A DNA stretch of 64,000 bases from Candidatus Eiseniibacteriota bacterium (lineage in GTDB: Bacteria; Eisenbacteria; RBG-16-71-46; CAZAMP01). Of the stretch, positions 20,432-30,050 are shown one piece after another; the stretch's first letter is position 1; every line of letters starts with the position of its first letter. Location: contig OZ245046.1 of assembly GCA_965224245.1 (NCBI GenBank), forward strand, positions 3,104,001 to 3,168,000. Reading direction: 5' to 3'. Both the position numbers and the translations under genes were made by a program. A model generated the notes under the pieces. That model ran no database searches, was not told the DNA's origin, and saw only the letters and a list, made by a program, of their open reading frames with translations.

Positions 20432-23400
20432 CTAGTCGCCACCGCGTTCGACGCGCGTGAGCCTTCCCGGAAAACCGGCGCGGAACGGCGCGTCCGCCTC
20501 GGCCCACTGGTCCGCGAGCCGCCGGCGCCAGGCGGCGGCCGCGTCGAGATCTCCGCGGTCCTCGTGGAGCTCGACGAGACGCTGGAGGATGAGGCCTCGC
20601 CAGAAGTGGTCGGTGAAGAGACGGCGCGAGGCCGGAGCGCGAAGATAGCGCTCGTAGATCGCAATCGCCGAGTCGGGCATCGCCATCGCGTCGTAGGTTA
20701 GCCCCAGCCAGGCCAGGGGCCACACCACGGTTCGCCCCTGCTCGACGACGGCGCGACGGAACGCCGGGACCGCATCCTCGTATCGGCCGTCGAAGAACGC
20801 GACCCACGACGGCAGAACGTCGTCGAGGTCTCGCGAGTCGCGCAGCGAGTCCGGGAGCGAGCTCCGCGCCGCCAGAAGCGCTCGCGCCTGGTCGACGTCC
20901 CCGAGCAGTCCGCGAACGGCCACGCGCTTCGCGTAGTGTCGCTCGGACGCAGGTAGCTCCGCTGGCGTGCACTCGCGGAGGGCACGCTCGAGCGTCGCGC
21001 TGGCGCCGTCGACGTCTCCCAGCGTCATCACCTGCACGATCGCCTTGTCGAGGAGAAGATCCAGCATCGCCTCCTTCTCGTCGCCTCGCTCGTATCGATC
21101 GAGCACGGTCTCGACGTGCCGGAATGCCTCCTCCAGCTTTCCCCGAACCACGAGGCTCGCCCACAGGGTCCAGTCCGCGTCGTCCATCGCGTCCTCGCGG
21201 GCCTCCCGGCGGTGCTCGCGTGCGATGGACTCGACGCTGGCGAAGTCCTCGTTCCGCAGCGCGAGTCCCATCGTCAACCACCAGTGCCACTCGTGCCCGG
21301 TTGCCCGGGAGTAGCGGACCATCGTGGACTCCGCCAGGGCGGTCTCGCCCTGCGACATCTGCCACCAGGCGAGATTGCCGACGTTCAGCGCCGTCGGCTG
21401 CTCGGCGGCCGCGCGCTCGAAGTACGTCATGGCGCGCTCGGCGTCGCCGTGCTCGGCGAGCAGCAGCGCGCAGTTGTTGAGCGCCCAGTTGTCGCGTGGG
21501 TTCAGCTCGATCAGGCGCTCGTAGGTGAGGATGGCGCGGTCGACGTCGTCCCGGAAGGTGTAGCAGGAGGCCTCGGTCAGGAGTCGCTCTCGCTGGGTCA
21601 GGCGATCGCGATGGCGGAACGCAGCCTCCAGCGCACCTCCTGCGTGATCGCTGCCCCGGTTGCTCAGGATGACGCCCTTCTTCCGGTAGGCCATCGCGAA
21701 CGTGGTGTCCGCCGCGATCGCCTCGTCGAGGAGCACCAGGGCTTCGTCGTCCTCGCCGTCCTCCGCCAGCTGGACCGCCTGGGTGTACGCACGCAGCGAC
21801 GCGAGCGATCGCGTCGTGACGTCCTCGAGGCGGGCGTCTTGACGTATCGACCGGAGCGACTCCCCGATCCCCTCCCGGACACGACGCGAGAGCCGGTCCA
21901 GCGCGACGATCACGTCGTCCTCCGAACGCGCGCTCTCGCGCTCGGCCAGCAGGACCTCGTCGTCGGTCGGATCGGACAGCCGGAGCGAGAGCACGAACCC
22001 CGATCCCGCCGGGCTCACGAGCCCCGAGAGCACCGCCGGGATCCCGTCGCGCAGGGCGACCTCGCGGGCGGTCTCGGGCGTGAGCGGCGTGGCCGGATCG
22101 CGACGCATGCGCGCGAGGAGATAGCGGACGCGACCAGGAGGGACGACGTGCACGATGGATGACTGTGCGAGATCGATCGCGAGCGCCTCGGCGATCACGG
22201 CGCCCAGCATCGGATCGTCGGTGGCGTTCTCGATCTCGGCGATGAGAACGCGCGCGTCCGCGTCGAGGACCCCGGCCGAGACGAGCGTGGCGCCGGGTCC
22301 GACTCCGCTGGCGCGCATCCAGAGCATGGCACCGACCGTCAGGGCCAGGGCGCCGAACGCGCCGACCCCACCCGACAGCGCACGGCGCCACGTGAAGAGC
22401 GAGCGACCGCCTCCACCCCGGGGGTCGCGCGGTCGGGACTGTACGACCGCCGTGGTGAGCACGATCGGCAGCCCGACCCCGAGGAGCACGATCGCGGCGG
22501 GCAATGCCCATGCCGGGAGCCCCACGCGGTCGTCGACGAGCCAGACGCCCCCGAGGATGACGGCACTGGCGACCAGGAAGATCGCGGTCACGGCAGCGGC
22601 GCGCGCGGTGGCGCGAGCCGGCGGTACCGGCTCGATGTCGGCCGACGTGCCCGAGTGCGAGTGCGTCACCTCCTCCTCGAGGTCGCGAAGCGCGGCCTCG
22701 ACGTCGGCGGCGGACTGGAACCGCTCCTCGGGGCGCTTGGCCAGGCAGCGCTCGACGATCCGGCCCAGCTGACGCGGGAGCGCCGACCGCACGTCGGCCA
22801 GCGATCGCGGCTCGTCGCGGAGAATGGACGCGACGCGCGATGCGGTGGTGTCGCCGTGGAACGGGTTCATGCCCGTGGCCATCTCGTAGAGCACGGTTCC
22901 GAACGAGAAGATGTCCGAGCGAGCGTCGAGCCGCTTGCCCTCGGCCTGCTCGGGCGACATGTAGGCCAGGGTTCCGAGAACGCGTCCCTCCCTAGTGGCG
23001 TGGTCCACCGTCGTGTCGTCGGTGGCCGGGCGCGTCGGCGACTGCGAGTCGACGGCATCGGTGCCACCGCGGCCGTCGTCGCGCTTGGCCAGCCCGAAGT
23101 CGAGTACCTTGACGTTGCCGTCGCGGGTCACCATCACGTTCTCGGGCTTGAGATCGCGATGGGTCACGCCGCTCCGGTGCGCGGCGGCGAGTCCGGAGGC
23201 GAGCGGGATCGCCAGCGACAGGAGCTCGCGCGGCGGGAGCCCGTCGGAGGGAATGCGCTGTCGTAGCGAGATCCCGTCGACCCGCTCCATCGTGATGAAG
23301 AGAACGTCGTCGTCCTCCTCGATGGCGTACACGGTGACGACGTTGGGATGGCTCAGCCCCGCGAGCGCTCGCGCCTCGCGCTCGAGTCGCCGGCGGCGGT

Positions 23401-23545
23401 CGGGATCGCTCACGAAGTCGGCGGAAAGCACCTTCAGTGCGACCTCGCGTCCGAGCTTCTCGTCCCGGGCGAGGTAGACCTCGCCCATGCCTCCGCGACC
23501 GAGGCGCCCGAGGATGTGGTAGTGCAGGAGCCGTCCGCCGATCAT
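20432..23545 (-). CDS. Membrane Ser/Thr protein kinase with TolB-N/FlgO-like and TPR domains
   Basis: GRGGMGEVY, VALK, HRDLKPEN, DFG and YMSPEQ motifs; about three TM helices; IAEIENATDD.. domain; TPRs. Confidence 0.92.
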   Translation of the reverse strand: MIGGRLLHYHILGRLGRGGMGEVYLARDEKLGREVALKVLSADFVSDPDRRRRLEREARALAGLSHPNVVTVYAIEEDDDVLFITMERVDGISLRQRIPSDGLPPRELLSLAIPLASGLAAAHRSGVTHRDLKPENVMVTRDGNVKVLDFGLAKRDDGRGGTDAVDSQSPTRPATDDTTVDHATREGRVLGTLAYMSPEQAEGKRLDARSDIFSFGTVLYEMATGMNPFHGDTTASRVASILRDEPRSLADVRSALPRQLGRIVERCLAKRPEERFQSAADVEAALRDLEEEVTHSHSGTSADIEPVPPARATARAAAVTAIFLVASAVILGGVWLVDDRVGLPAWALPAAIVLLGVGLPIVLTTAVVQSRPRDPRGGGGRSLFTWRRALSGGVGAFGALALTVGAMLWMRASGVGPGATLVSAGVLDADARVLIAEIENATDDPMLGAVIAEALAIDLAQSSIVHVVPPGRVRYLLARMRRDPATPLTPETAREVALRDGIPAVLSGLVSPAGSGFVLSLRLSDPTDDEVLLAERESARSEDDVIVALDRLSRRVREGIGESLRSIRQDARLEDVTTRSLASLRAYTQAVQLAEDGEDDEALVLLDEAIAADTTFAMAYRKKGVILSNRGSDHAGGALEAAFRHRDRLTQRERLLTEASCYTFRDDVDRAILTYERLIELNPRDNWALNNCALLLAEHGDAERAMTYFERAAAEQPTALNVGNLAWWQMSQGETALAESTMVRYSRATGHEWHWWLTMGLALRNEDFASVESIAREHRREAREDAMDDADWTLWASLVVRGKLEEAFRHVETVLDRYERGDEKEAMLDLLLDKAIVQVMTLGDVDGASATLERALRECTPAELPASERHYAKRVAVRGLLGDVDQARALLAARSSLPDSLRDSRDLDDVLPSWVAFFDGRYEDAVPAFRRAVVEQGRTVVWPLAWLGLTYDAMAMPDSAIAIYERYLRAPASRRLFTDHFWRGLILQRLVELHEDRGDLDAAAAWRRRLADQWAEADAPFRAGFPGRLTRVERGGD

Positions 23546-25593
23546 GCGGGATCTCCTCCGGAACGTTGTAGAGCGGCCGTCGGCTCGGACCCACCCGCCT
23601 CCTCCGCGGGCTCGATCCCTTCGAGCATGGCCCTCGCCCGGCCGAGCGCATCCGGTGAACCCGACACCGCCAGCACGTCGTCGGCGCAGAGCCGCTCGTG
23701 TCCCGTGGGAAGCGTCGTGGTCGTGTCGTCGCGGCAGATCGCCACCACGGTCGCGCCGGTGCGACAGCGGAGATCGAGCTCGGCCAGGGTACGGCCGTCG
23801 GCCGGGCCCCCCGGGAGAACGGGTATCGGGTGGTAGTCGAGCCCCGCCAACGGTCCTGCGTCCAGGCTCGCGAGCAGGTCGGCATCGTCCGAACCGCCGC
23901 GGACGTGACCGGCGATGTCCAGCGCGATGCGGGCGACGCCCGACGTGTGCCTACCGTGGACGCTCCCGAGACGCATTCCCAGTACGACGAGTGCGATCAG
24001 GAGTGCCGCCACCAACGCGGCCTCGACCCACGGTCCTTCGACGACGGGTCGCATCAGCGCGAGCGTCGGCAGGCCGATGCCGAGCACGACGGTGAGGAGG
24101 GCCACGGCCTCCACGGCCTTGGCACGTGGTGTGGGGCCGCCGCGACCGCGACTGCGCGTGCGGATGCCGGCCGCCAGGTGCGATCCGCTGCGAAGGAGGC
24201 CGACCACGAACGGCGCCGCGATCACCACGGACACGACGTTCACGGCCAGCACCATGTTCGCCTCCACACGCGGCAGGACCGTATGTCGAACCACGAAGGT
24301 GACGATCAGCGCCGACCAGTCCAGGAGAACCGCGGTCGCCGGGCGCCGAAGCGACGGGCGTTCGCCCGGTTCGCGCGCGCCCCGCAAGAAGGCCTGGTAC
24401 GCGGCGAGCACCTGCTGGATCCGATCGGGTAGCCGGCGATCGATGGTATCGACGATCCTCAGCGCTCGGCCGAGCAGCAACGGGGTCGTGAACGCCGTGA
24501 TCGTGGCGACCGTGACCAGCACGGGAAGCGTCTCCTCGGGGACGATTCCGCCGGCGATCGCGATCGTGGCCAGGATGAACGAGAGCTCGCCGACCTGCCC
24601 CAGCGCCAGACCGGAGTAGACCCCGCGCCGCAACGAGCTCCCCGTGAGCACGGTGGACACCGTGACCGAGGCGAACTGCATCCCGACCACCACTGCACAC
24701 AGCACCAGCGCGAGCGGCATGCTTCGCCAGGCCACGACCGGATCGACCGTCATACCGATCGAGACGAAGAAGATGGCCGAGAACAGCGCCCGCAACGGCT
24801 CGATGGCCTTCTCGATGTCGTGGCCGCGGCCCGACTCGGCGACGGCCATCCCCGAGATGAACGCGCCGAGCGCCACCGAGTAGCCGAACTGGTTCGCCGC
24901 CAGCGCGAGACCGAAGGCCGCTCCTCCGACCAGCACGACCAGCACCTCGGTGTCCGCCTCGGCCAGCGCGACCCTGACCAGGCGCGGCAGGATCAGGAGG
25001 CCGATCACGAGCATCCCCACGACGGCGGCGGCGAGCTGCCCGATCAGGAGCCCCAGAGACCGCGCGGCGACGGCCTCCCCCGCCGCGAGTGCGGTCACGA
25101 CGGCCATCAGCACGATGGCGACGACGTCCTGCACGATCAGGATGCCGAACACGTGGGAGCGCACGTCTGGATCGACCGGCCGTGCGCGGAGCACGGCGCT
25201 GACCACCATCGTGCTCGAGATCGCCAGCGTCGTCCCGAGACACACGCTCGCGGTGGTGGACCACTGCAGGAAGGACCCCACGGTGAAGCCGGCCCACCCG
25301 AGCGTCGCGATCTGAACCACCGCGGTCAATCCGGATACCGGGAGAATGTCCAGAAAGCGCTGAATCCGGAACTCGAGCCCCACCGCGAACATGACGAGGA
25401 CGACGCCGACCTCGGCGAGCTCTTCCATCCGGTGCGGATCCGCGAACAGCGGGATCGGGATGTACGGCCCCACGATGAGCCCGGCAAAGAGATAGCCCAG
25501 GATGCTGGGCTGACCCATGCGCCGGGTGAGCATGCCGGTGATCGCGGCGACGACGGTCACCACCGCGAGATCGGCGATCAGACTGCCGTGCAA
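23542..25593 (-). CDS. CPA2-family cation:proton antiporter with C-terminal RCK_C (TrkA_C) domain
   Basis: PSILGYLFAG, GVVLVMFAVGLEF, ISSTMVV, LIVQDVV, FFVSIGM and GQVGELSF motifs; C-terminal GRTLAELDLR..GATVVAI. Likely TTG start at 25593 after AGGAGG (track start 25650). Confidence 0.9.
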   Translation of the reverse strand: MHGSLIADLAVVTVVAAITGMLTRRMGQPSILGYLFAGLIVGPYIPIPLFADPHRMEELAEVGVVLVMFAVGLEFRIQRFLDILPVSGLTAVVQIATLGWAGFTVGSFLQWSTTASVCLGTTLAISSTMVVSAVLRARPVDPDVRSHVFGILIVQDVVAIVLMAVVTALAAGEAVAARSLGLLIGQLAAAVVGMLVIGLLILPRLVRVALAEADTEVLVVLVGGAAFGLALAANQFGYSVALGAFISGMAVAESGRGHDIEKAIEPLRALFSAIFFVSIGMTVDPVVAWRSMPLALVLCAVVVGMQFASVTVSTVLTGSSLRRGVYSGLALGQVGELSFILATIAIAGGIVPEETLPVLVTVATITAFTTPLLLGRALRIVDTIDRRLPDRIQQVLAAYQAFLRGAREPGERPSLRRPATAVLLDWSALIVTFVVRHTVLPRVEANMVLAVNVVSVVIAAPFVVGLLRSGSHLAAGIRTRSRGRGGPTPRAKAVEAVALLTVVLGIGLPTLALMRPVVEGPWVEAALVAALLIALVVLGMRLGSVHGRHTSGVARIALDIAGHVRGGSDDADLLASLDAGPLAGLDYHPIPVLPGGPADGRTLAELDLRCRTGATVVAICRDDTTTTLPTGHERLCADDVLAVSGSPDALGRARAMLEGIEPAEEAGGSEPTAALQRSGGDPA

Positions 25594-26077
25594 CGAGGCC
25601 TCCTGCATTCGATGATCGGCCATTCGTGAGCGGTCCCCGGCCGTGCCCACGAGCGTGCGACCGGCGGAGCCCGCGTGTCCGTCGGGTCCTCTCGATCGCC
25701 GGAGGGTGCCGCACGCGTCGCCGACGTCACGGCAACCCTGCCCTGGCCGCCTGTCGTGCCGATGGAGATCGCAGGCTGATACAGTACAGGCTCGAACCCC
25801 GCGGTACTAATGCAGCGTCCCCTCACGCTCGTGTTCGTGGACATCGGCCCGTGCGCGGCATCGGCTTCCGGGTGACGACCCTTGCCGACTCTTCGTACGG
25901 CGAGACCCGTCGGATCGGCACGGGCGCCACGACCGTATCTCCGCCGAGCCGTTCCGGCTCGACACGACGGCCGACGCGGGGGATGCCTCCCGCGCCTGGC
26001 ACTTCCGGGGTGACCCCAGTCGGTTCGGCGCGCGGCCGACATCACTCGTGCCGTCGGCCGCCCAGCGAGTCGACGGT

Positions 26078-29000
26078 CTACTCCCCGGCGCCACGATCGG
26101 ATCCTCGGGCACGCCGCGGATCGCCGAGGTAGATGAAGGGGGCCCAGTAGTAGGGGTGAGGGTGGATCGTCGCGAAGCGTCGCTTCGCGCTCGCGATCGT
26201 CCCGAGGACGTCGCGCTCGCCAGACAGCACCGCTTCGTAGATCTCGCCCATGAGCTCGGCGTTTCGGCTGTCGTCGACCTGCCACTGACTGGCCAGCACC
26301 GCGTCCGCCCCGGCGTGAAGGAACCCCCACGGCAGACTCATGACCGTGTCACCGACCCGAACGCCGTGTCCGGAGTGGCACGCCGACAGGACGACGAGCT
26401 CGCATCCGGAGAGCCGGCCGACCCAGCTGCGGAGGAGATCCTCCAGCCGCAGGAATCCGATGTCGTCCACCGACGGGAGCTCGGGCGGGGTCAGTGCCAG
26501 GCTGGCATCGTAGGGCTGCGTGCTCGAGCCTGCGATCCCGTGCGTGGCGATGTGCAGGAAGCGCGCACCCGGCGCCGCCGCTTCGACCGCGGGCACGGTG
26601 GCGCGCGCACCGAGGAGGAGCGTCGTGGGCAGCCCCGCCGTCTCCGCGACGCGGCGGATCCGGGTCGCCTCCTCGCGGGAGCCGGGCAGCGGCGCGAGCC
26701 GCCCCCCGTAGAGCCGGATGTCGTCGAGCGAGAGCAGCTCGACCTCGGACAGACCTGCACGCTCGGAGGGCACGGTCGAGGCGAGCAGGTCCTCGCCGGC
26801 CGACGCGCGACCAAAGTCGGGATCGGCCACGATGACGAGATCGCGTGCCCCGGCCGCCGCGTCGAGCTTCGACCCGGCTCGACCCCGCTGATGGACGAAC
26901 TCGGTCGCGCTCTCCACGTACACGACGTCGGGCCCCTCGAAGAGCCAGAACTCCTCGGGTCGGGCGACCGTCGTGTCCACCGGGCTCTCCGTGGGAATCA
27001 GTGCTTCGAACGGTATGTCGCGGAGCACGCCATCGCGCGCGAGGATCAACCGGTCCGCTGCCATCGCGCGATCGCGGATCTCCGGCAGCAGCGCGAGGTC
27101 GAACGCCTCGCGGAGGGCTCGCGACAGCTCGGACGACATCGTCCCGGGCGCGAACGGATCGGGGCGCCGCTCGAGCTGCCCGCGCAGCCGGGTCAGACGC
27201 TCGCGAAGCACCCGCATCTCATCCCGCGCCCGGATCGACGCGGTGGTGATCGGCTGCGCGGACTCGGGGGTGACCAGCGTCGCCACGATGATCGTCCCGC
27301 CCCAGAGGTAGTCGAGGTACACCTCCCCCGGCTCCAGCGCGGCACGCAGGTCGTCGAACGAGATCGCCGACGCGATCTCGTATTCCCCGGCGTGACTGCT
27401 GCCGCGGAGCTCCGCCTCCTCGGCCCTGAGCTGCGCTCGAAGGTCGGTGACGCGATCGCGCTGACGAGCGATCGCCTCGTCGCTCGAGCCGTCCAATCCG
27501 TCATCCGGATCCACGAGACGCATCAGCTCGGACTCGGCCTGCACGAGCTGCTGGCGACGCGATCTCACCCGACGCTGGAGACTGTCGGCGCCGGCCGCCT
27601 CGGCGCCGGCGCGCAGGAAGTCGAGAAACGCACGGGAACGGCCGCGCTCACGGTAGTGAAAACACGCGGCCGGATCGTCCAGGTGGTACGACGACAGCGC
27701 CGCACGGCGGCACATCGCGTCGTGCCTCAGCCGGCCCGCCCGTCGCGCTCGCCAGCGCTCATCGCCCGACGTCTCCCGGAGGATCCTCTCCGCGTGAAGA
27801 ACCGCCTCGACCGCGGCCGCCCGGCAGGCCTCGTAGTCGGGCGGGATCGCGGCGACCATCATGCTCAGACCGTCCAGTAGCTCGATCAGCACCGGGTGAT
27901 CGGCGTCGAGGGAATCTCTGGCGAGCCGGGCGGCGTCCCGGAGGGTGGCGATCGCCAGATCGATCCGGTGGTTGTTGGAGCAGTGCTGTGCCAGAGAGCG
28001 CATGAGCCGGATGCGCGACACGAGGCTCCCGGGTTGCTCACGCTCCACGAGCTCGATCCGGCTCTGCATGACGGCGACGGCGCCGTCGGGATCGGTGTCG
28101 CGAAGAGCCCCTGCACGCATCAGCAGGAGGTCGAGCTGGACGTCCACGGGATACTCGTGCCATTCATCCACCGGCAGCCTGGCGGTGGCATACGCCATCG
28201 CGGAGTCCGCACCGACGTCATAGTAGAGGGTCGCCGCGTGCAGCCCGACCGCATTGATGTAGGCCGTGCGTCCCTCATCGGTGTCGGATTCCGCGCGCCG
28301 CATGATCTCGGCCACGACGTCCCGCGCGTCGTCGCGGCGGCCCCCGAGGTGATAGATCATCCCGACGTTGTGGAGAGCCGCGAGCGTCTGGGGACTGCTC
28401 GGACCCGTGTTCTCCTCGAAGTGGCGAACCGCCTCCCGAAGTAGCGCCGCACCGGTGGTGACGTCCCCTTTCCACCGATAGCTGACCGCGAGCTCGTTGC
28501 ACGTGGTCGTCAGGTCGATGACGTGGCCGCCGGCGGCCTCGAAGATCTCCCGTGCACGCATCAGGACCGGAAGCGCCGCGTCGAACCGGCGCTCGATGTT
28601 GAGCAGCGCTCCGTAGAGCCTGAGCGTCCTCGCGTGCTGGGGGTGCTCGGGGTGCACCGCGACCTCGTCGATGCGCAGCGCCTCGCTCACCGGCTCGACG
28701 GCCAGGTCCGCCCGATCGCGAGCGATGAGTGCCTGGCCCAGCGCGCACAGAATGCGTGAGAGCTCTCGGTGATCGGAGCCGAGGTGCTCCCTCCACACCT
28801 CCGCGGCACGGGCGAGTCGCGCCACGAGGACCTCGGGAGCGTCGTACTCCCCGGGCCAGAGCTCGTCCTCGGTCAGCTCGGCCCGGACGACGTCAGCTCG
28901 GATCGAGTCGGGCAGTGCCGCGATCGTGCCCAGCGTCTCGTCGAGATCGGCGAGCTCGAGACGCCGCCACGTCGGCGTGTCGTCGGAGAGGTTGGACCGG

Positions 29001-29221
29001 GCCCGGGAGACGAGCTCGCGTGCCTCGACGTAGCGTCCCTCGATCCTCAGTCGTCGGATCGTGCCATCGAGCGTGTCGGCCGGCGACACGGCCACGATGG
29101 CGTCGCGGCCGCCACCGGATCCGGTCGGCTCGGAGAACTCCGCGTCCTTCACGTCGCAGCCGATGAGCACGAGCCCCGCCAGGACGGTCATCACGATCGG
29201 ACGTCGCCGACGCTCAGCCAT
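26078..29221 (-). CDS. Lipoprotein TPR-CHAT (caspase-fold) protease
   Basis: MAERRRRPIVMTVLAGLVLIG-C lipobox; TPR repeats; ERGRSRAFLD; CHAT motifs LRDIPFEAL, PLPGSREE, FLHIATHG (His), LVVLSACHSG (Cys), ASQWQVDD and HPYYWAPFIYLG. Confidence 0.9.
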   Translation of the reverse strand: MAERRRRPIVMTVLAGLVLIGCDVKDAEFSEPTGSGGGRDAIVAVSPADTLDGTIRRLRIEGRYVEARELVSRARSNLSDDTPTWRRLELADLDETLGTIAALPDSIRADVVRAELTEDELWPGEYDAPEVLVARLARAAEVWREHLGSDHRELSRILCALGQALIARDRADLAVEPVSEALRIDEVAVHPEHPQHARTLRLYGALLNIERRFDAALPVLMRAREIFEAAGGHVIDLTTTCNELAVSYRWKGDVTTGAALLREAVRHFEENTGPSSPQTLAALHNVGMIYHLGGRRDDARDVVAEIMRRAESDTDEGRTAYINAVGLHAATLYYDVGADSAMAYATARLPVDEWHEYPVDVQLDLLLMRAGALRDTDPDGAVAVMQSRIELVEREQPGSLVSRIRLMRSLAQHCSNNHRIDLAIATLRDAARLARDSLDADHPVLIELLDGLSMMVAAIPPDYEACRAAAVEAVLHAERILRETSGDERWRARRAGRLRHDAMCRRAALSSYHLDDPAACFHYRERGRSRAFLDFLRAGAEAAGADSLQRRVRSRRQQLVQAESELMRLVDPDDGLDGSSDEAIARQRDRVTDLRAQLRAEEAELRGSSHAGEYEIASAISFDDLRAALEPGEVYLDYLWGGTIIVATLVTPESAQPITTASIRARDEMRVLRERLTRLRGQLERRPDPFAPGTMSSELSRALREAFDLALLPEIRDRAMAADRLILARDGVLRDIPFEALIPTESPVDTTVARPEEFWLFEGPDVVYVESATEFVHQRGRAGSKLDAAAGARDLVIVADPDFGRASAGEDLLASTVPSERAGLSEVELLSLDDIRLYGGRLAPLPGSREEATRIRRVAETAGLPTTLLLGARATVPAVEAAAPGARFLHIATHGIAGSSTQPYDASLALTPPELPSVDDIGFLRLEDLLRSWVGRLSGCELVVLSACHSGHGVRVGDTVMSLPWGFLHAGADAVLASQWQVDDSRNAELMGEIYEAVLSGERDVLGTIASAKRRFATIHPHPYYWAPFIYLGDPRRARGSDRGAGE

Positions 29222-30050
29222 CACCGATCTTGATCCTGAACGGGAGTCGGGCCGCCGGGCGAGCACGATCCGGTGGTGTGCCCACCCAGATCTGGAGCTC
29301 CGCGTCCGTGTCGGCGTCGGGGCGGGGAACGCGCACGACCAGCACGTCCGGCTCCTCCAGGTGAGGCGTCTCGATCACCACCGCGTCGCGGTCCGTCACG
29401 AGGGCCAGCGTCCAGTCGGCTCGCCTCGGAACGAGCTCGGCCGGAAGCACGATCACGATCTCCGGGTCGCTCTCGGACGCCGTGACCTCGGCGACCTGCC
29501 CCCGGACCGAGTCCAGCCGGACCCAGGGCACCACGCTCGCCTCCGGTGCCGGCGACTCCTCACCGAGCCGCACCACCAGGAGCACGGCACAGGCGGCCGT
29601 CGCGACCAGGGCCCATCCGGCCGCCAGACGCGATCCCAGCGCCGGCCACCGGCGGCGACGCACGTGCCCGGTGGCGGCCGGGTAACGCGCATCGCCGGTC
29701 GTACCGAGAGCCGTGACGACCGCGTCCGATGCCGTGTGAGTGGGTCCGGTCGGGAGCTCCAGGGCGCCACGGCACAGGGCACAGCGCTCGAGATGGCGCT
29801 CGGCGATCTCTCGCTCGACTCGACCCAGACGATCCCGGATGCGTGGCCAGGACGCGAGGAACGCGACGGGGAGATGCTCGCCGGAGAACGCGTGAGGCTC
29901 GGCCGCCTGCGCGGCGAGCACACGATCGTAGAGCTCGCGGCAGTCGTCGTCCTCGAGCAGCAGGGCCTGGAATCGCTCGTGGTCGCGATCGGAGAGAAGA
30001 CCGCTCTCGTACCCGATCACGTGATCACGGAACCACTCGCGGTCGCTCAC
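29214..30050 (-). CDS. Membrane-anchored zinc-binding (ZAS/zf-HC2) anti-sigma factor
   Basis: GTG start overlaps the sigma stop (GTGA). H-x26-HLERCALC ZAS motif, TM helix LAAGWALVATAACAVLLVV, extracytoplasmic beta-rich domain. Its stop overlaps the CHAT start. Confidence 0.8.
   Translation of the reverse strand: MSDREWFRDHVIGYESGLLSDRDHERFQALLLEDDDCRELYDRVLAAQAAEPHAFSGEHLPVAFLASWPRIRDRLGRVEREIAERHLERCALCRGALELPTGPTHTASDAVVTALGTTGDARYPAATGHVRRRRWPALGSRLAAGWALVATAACAVLLVVRLGEESPAPEASVVPWVRLDSVRGQVAEVTASESDPEIVIVLPAELVPRRADWTLALVTDRDAVVIETPHLEEPDVLVVRVPRPDADTDAELQIWVGTPPDRARPAARLPFRIKIGDG

Noticed and set aside
18666-22511. 1281-aa ORF as a single protein
   Set aside because: The N-terminal ~775 aa are an off-frame shadow of the kinase gene and intergenic DNA. 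The real gene starts at GTG 20180 with an RBS and signal peptide. The track starts at 5593, 10658, 33597, 36821 and 60113 are over-extended in the same way.
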